Translations under genes and position numbers: made by a program | The notes under the pieces: generated by a model | The model's input: the letters and a program-made list of their open reading frames with translations, nothing else | What the model was told of the DNA's origin: nothing | Databases searched by the model: none | Part shown: one piece after another, positions 63,501 through 64,000 of the stretch | Numbering within the stretch: position 1 is the stretch's first letter | How the letters are laid out: each line of letters starts with the position of its first letter | Source: a virus | Direction: 5' to 3' (one strand) | Length of the DNA: 64,000 nt | IMG/VR virus record: IMGVR_UViG_3300019854_000029 | Coordinates: 32,001 to 96,000 of that record

Positions 63501-64000
63501 TGAGACAGTGTTTCCCGCACGATCATGGCCGGTGAATGAGAGCACGTGAGCGTGCTTATCTTCCAGCGTGGACTGGGGAACCTTGAACTTGTACTCGGTT
63601 GCACTTGCTCGCTCGGGGGTGAGGGCAACACCGTCAAGGGTGAACGTCATGTACGAGGGCTTGAGGGCACCATCGTCGTGGAACTTGAACTCAAGGTCGC
63701 CAGTGAGCTGGTCGGTAATGTACTTCACGCCGTCAATTTCGCGTGCGCCAGCGACCTGCGCGGGCAAGTCGAGAACGGGGTTCACTGCGTCCGGGGGAAT
63801 GACTTGGCCTTGCGGGAAGTCGATGGTGGATTCCTTACCCGCGTTGTCGAATGCTCGGACCTTGTAGGAGCCGGGAGCGGTGATGGACAGGCTTGTGACC
63901 TTATCAGTGTTGCCAGACAGGTCTACGGTCTGGACAACGTTCCCGTCTTTCAAGAGTTCGGCTCGGGCGAGGCCAGATGAGCCGGTGGTTGATGCGTCGT
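60555..64000 (-). CDS. giant Ig-like-repeat surface protein with C-terminal TM anchor, 5' end outside window
   Basis: The frame stays open to base 64000. It has many ~100-aa beta-rich repeats ending in D.AGN-type motifs (DRAGNTVSW, DQAGNESNAV, DLAGNSNTA, DQAGNVSEV). C-terminal helix IVAGGLFGVMALVAGWILLAA plus RKKRGDDEE. Confidence 0.75.
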   Translation of the reverse strand, partial: DASTTGSSGLARAELLKDGNVVQTVDLSGNTDKVTSLSITAPGSYKVRAFDNAGKESTIDFPQGQVIPPDAVNPVLDLPAQVAGAREIDGVKYITDQLTGDLEFKFHDDGALKPSYMTFTLDGVALTPERASATEYKFKVPQSTLEDKHAHVLSFTGHDRAGNTVSWSANLAYSPAQSDYKLTTGSSDVFTPTPWGVYTNKKGISVTFTPTDGSPMPYTLKDASGVKNQGANLDISGNTLTIHNGDVDNVEVTVRDAVGREKRLNIGDILGWPHKFIYSSNAPTFSLDSDSYLPYAKSLVDFAPKTATMRDAKGIKKFKVSVNGITLAEGKPSAEENKPVPVKQVTLDYARAAGLPDGTYQITFDVTNLAGSTSTSIATVTIDSTPPVVSGFTITDPTYAPGKTIGGSDSRYGFFVTGKMKVAAHVTETGSGVDKITYTLRSSDGTTHTVEAAEGATIDIPDGFKGFVSAVASDKARNLSLVAQPDGLVSENGNTTITANDVNIALPEPVTHTRSGLGLYRDSVKANLEASAGHSGLRHVAWGIGADTLGDATVDIDGHVSNPQVHVTRTDKNLVTGITIPLEVNGDHENTEAWVRVEDNAGGSAEKRVQFSIDATAPEMSVTFDVNNANNMYNTDRHATIKVLDANFSPDLFKISGQAGELGAWTQTGDMWTNTMTFADNRDYEFSLDASDTVGHAAQGFHSEQFTVDKVPPVIAVSWNTYDARSGRYYNQPRSATVTITEDHFDPSLVRFTGTGLVSGWSHAGNIHTATVSFPEGVNTFAVTSSDQAGNESNAVNEPEFVVDTTKPELSIEGVTQGAAYYQTPEIRLSYSDTNLDLGSLSVTLTGRKGTTFKVPVVNGHLDLSVIPNEAKSDDLYTMDAAVSDLAGNSNTAKVQFILNRFGSTVDVEGTSYQGKYVKAPIDVDLSEITVEKLRDDKLEIRVTLNGKTIEVPKNAVSVTVTGGENGDYVYHYHVDKSVFKEDGAYTVQVFSQTEGGKDQLSRLSYSFVVDSVKPEIQVSGITDGGSYRKTQVTATVTLRDMTATELIATLDGKDVKATKSGDDTYTLIIPQSASAHNVHFKATDQAGNVSEVTVKDVYVNASWFRQALNWTGRHIGIVAGGLFGVMALVAGWILLAARKKRGDDEE

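Noticed and set aside
1-64000. Interpretation of the window as a prophage, prompted by RecT, Gam-like, SSB, HNH, WhiB and a phage-tail-lysozyme-like domain.
   Set aside because: No terminase, portal, capsid, tape-measure or tail genes, and no integrase or att-like repeats, are recognisable. Meanwhile 27 kb is devoted to VirB4/FtsK-type transfer functions. A phage-plasmid hybrid with virion genes outside the window remains possible.

Overview
The window is a 64-kb piece of a high-GC Gram-positive (Actinomycetota-type) mobile element. That placement rests on a WhiB gene, LAxTG sorting signals, LGFP repeats and GAAAGG-type ribosome-binding sites in A/C-rich leaders. It looks like a conjugative plasmid or ICE rather than a prophage: I see no capsid, portal, terminase or tail genes, and no rRNA, tRNA, CRISPR array, integrase, relaxase or recognisable Rep protein. 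Layout: 1-13.5 kb (+) holds unknown proteins, a ParB-HNH fusion and three secreted cell-wall hydrolases. 13.5-18.4 kb is a mixed-strand accessory block with a metallophosphoesterase, an XRE regulator and SSB. 18.6-25.9 kb (+) encodes LAHTG-anchored adhesins, one with a thioester-like domain and a Thr-Gln ester-bond (VaFE) domain. 26.1-29.4 kb holds three tandem paralogous C-terminal-HTH proteins followed by a 640-bp non-coding iteron and inverted-repeat region. 32.1-35.8 kb (-) is a phage-like recombination block (WhiB, HNH, RecT, Gam-like) plus a secreted DUF1524-type nuclease. 36.6-64 kb (-) is a long type IV secretion-like transfer region: FtsK-like coupling ATPase, VirB4-like ATPase, NlpC/P60 hydrolase, a 1596-aa polytopic membrane protein, many small membrane proteins and a giant Ig-repeat surface protein that runs off the window. 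The most striking unexplained signal is a conserved ~33-nt promoter-like element, GCCA-N17-TACAC with an invariant TTTAGG core. I found nine copies, each pointing at the head of a transcription unit. All family assignments come from motifs read by eye, not from database searches. Hand-derived coordinates could be off by 1-2 nt.
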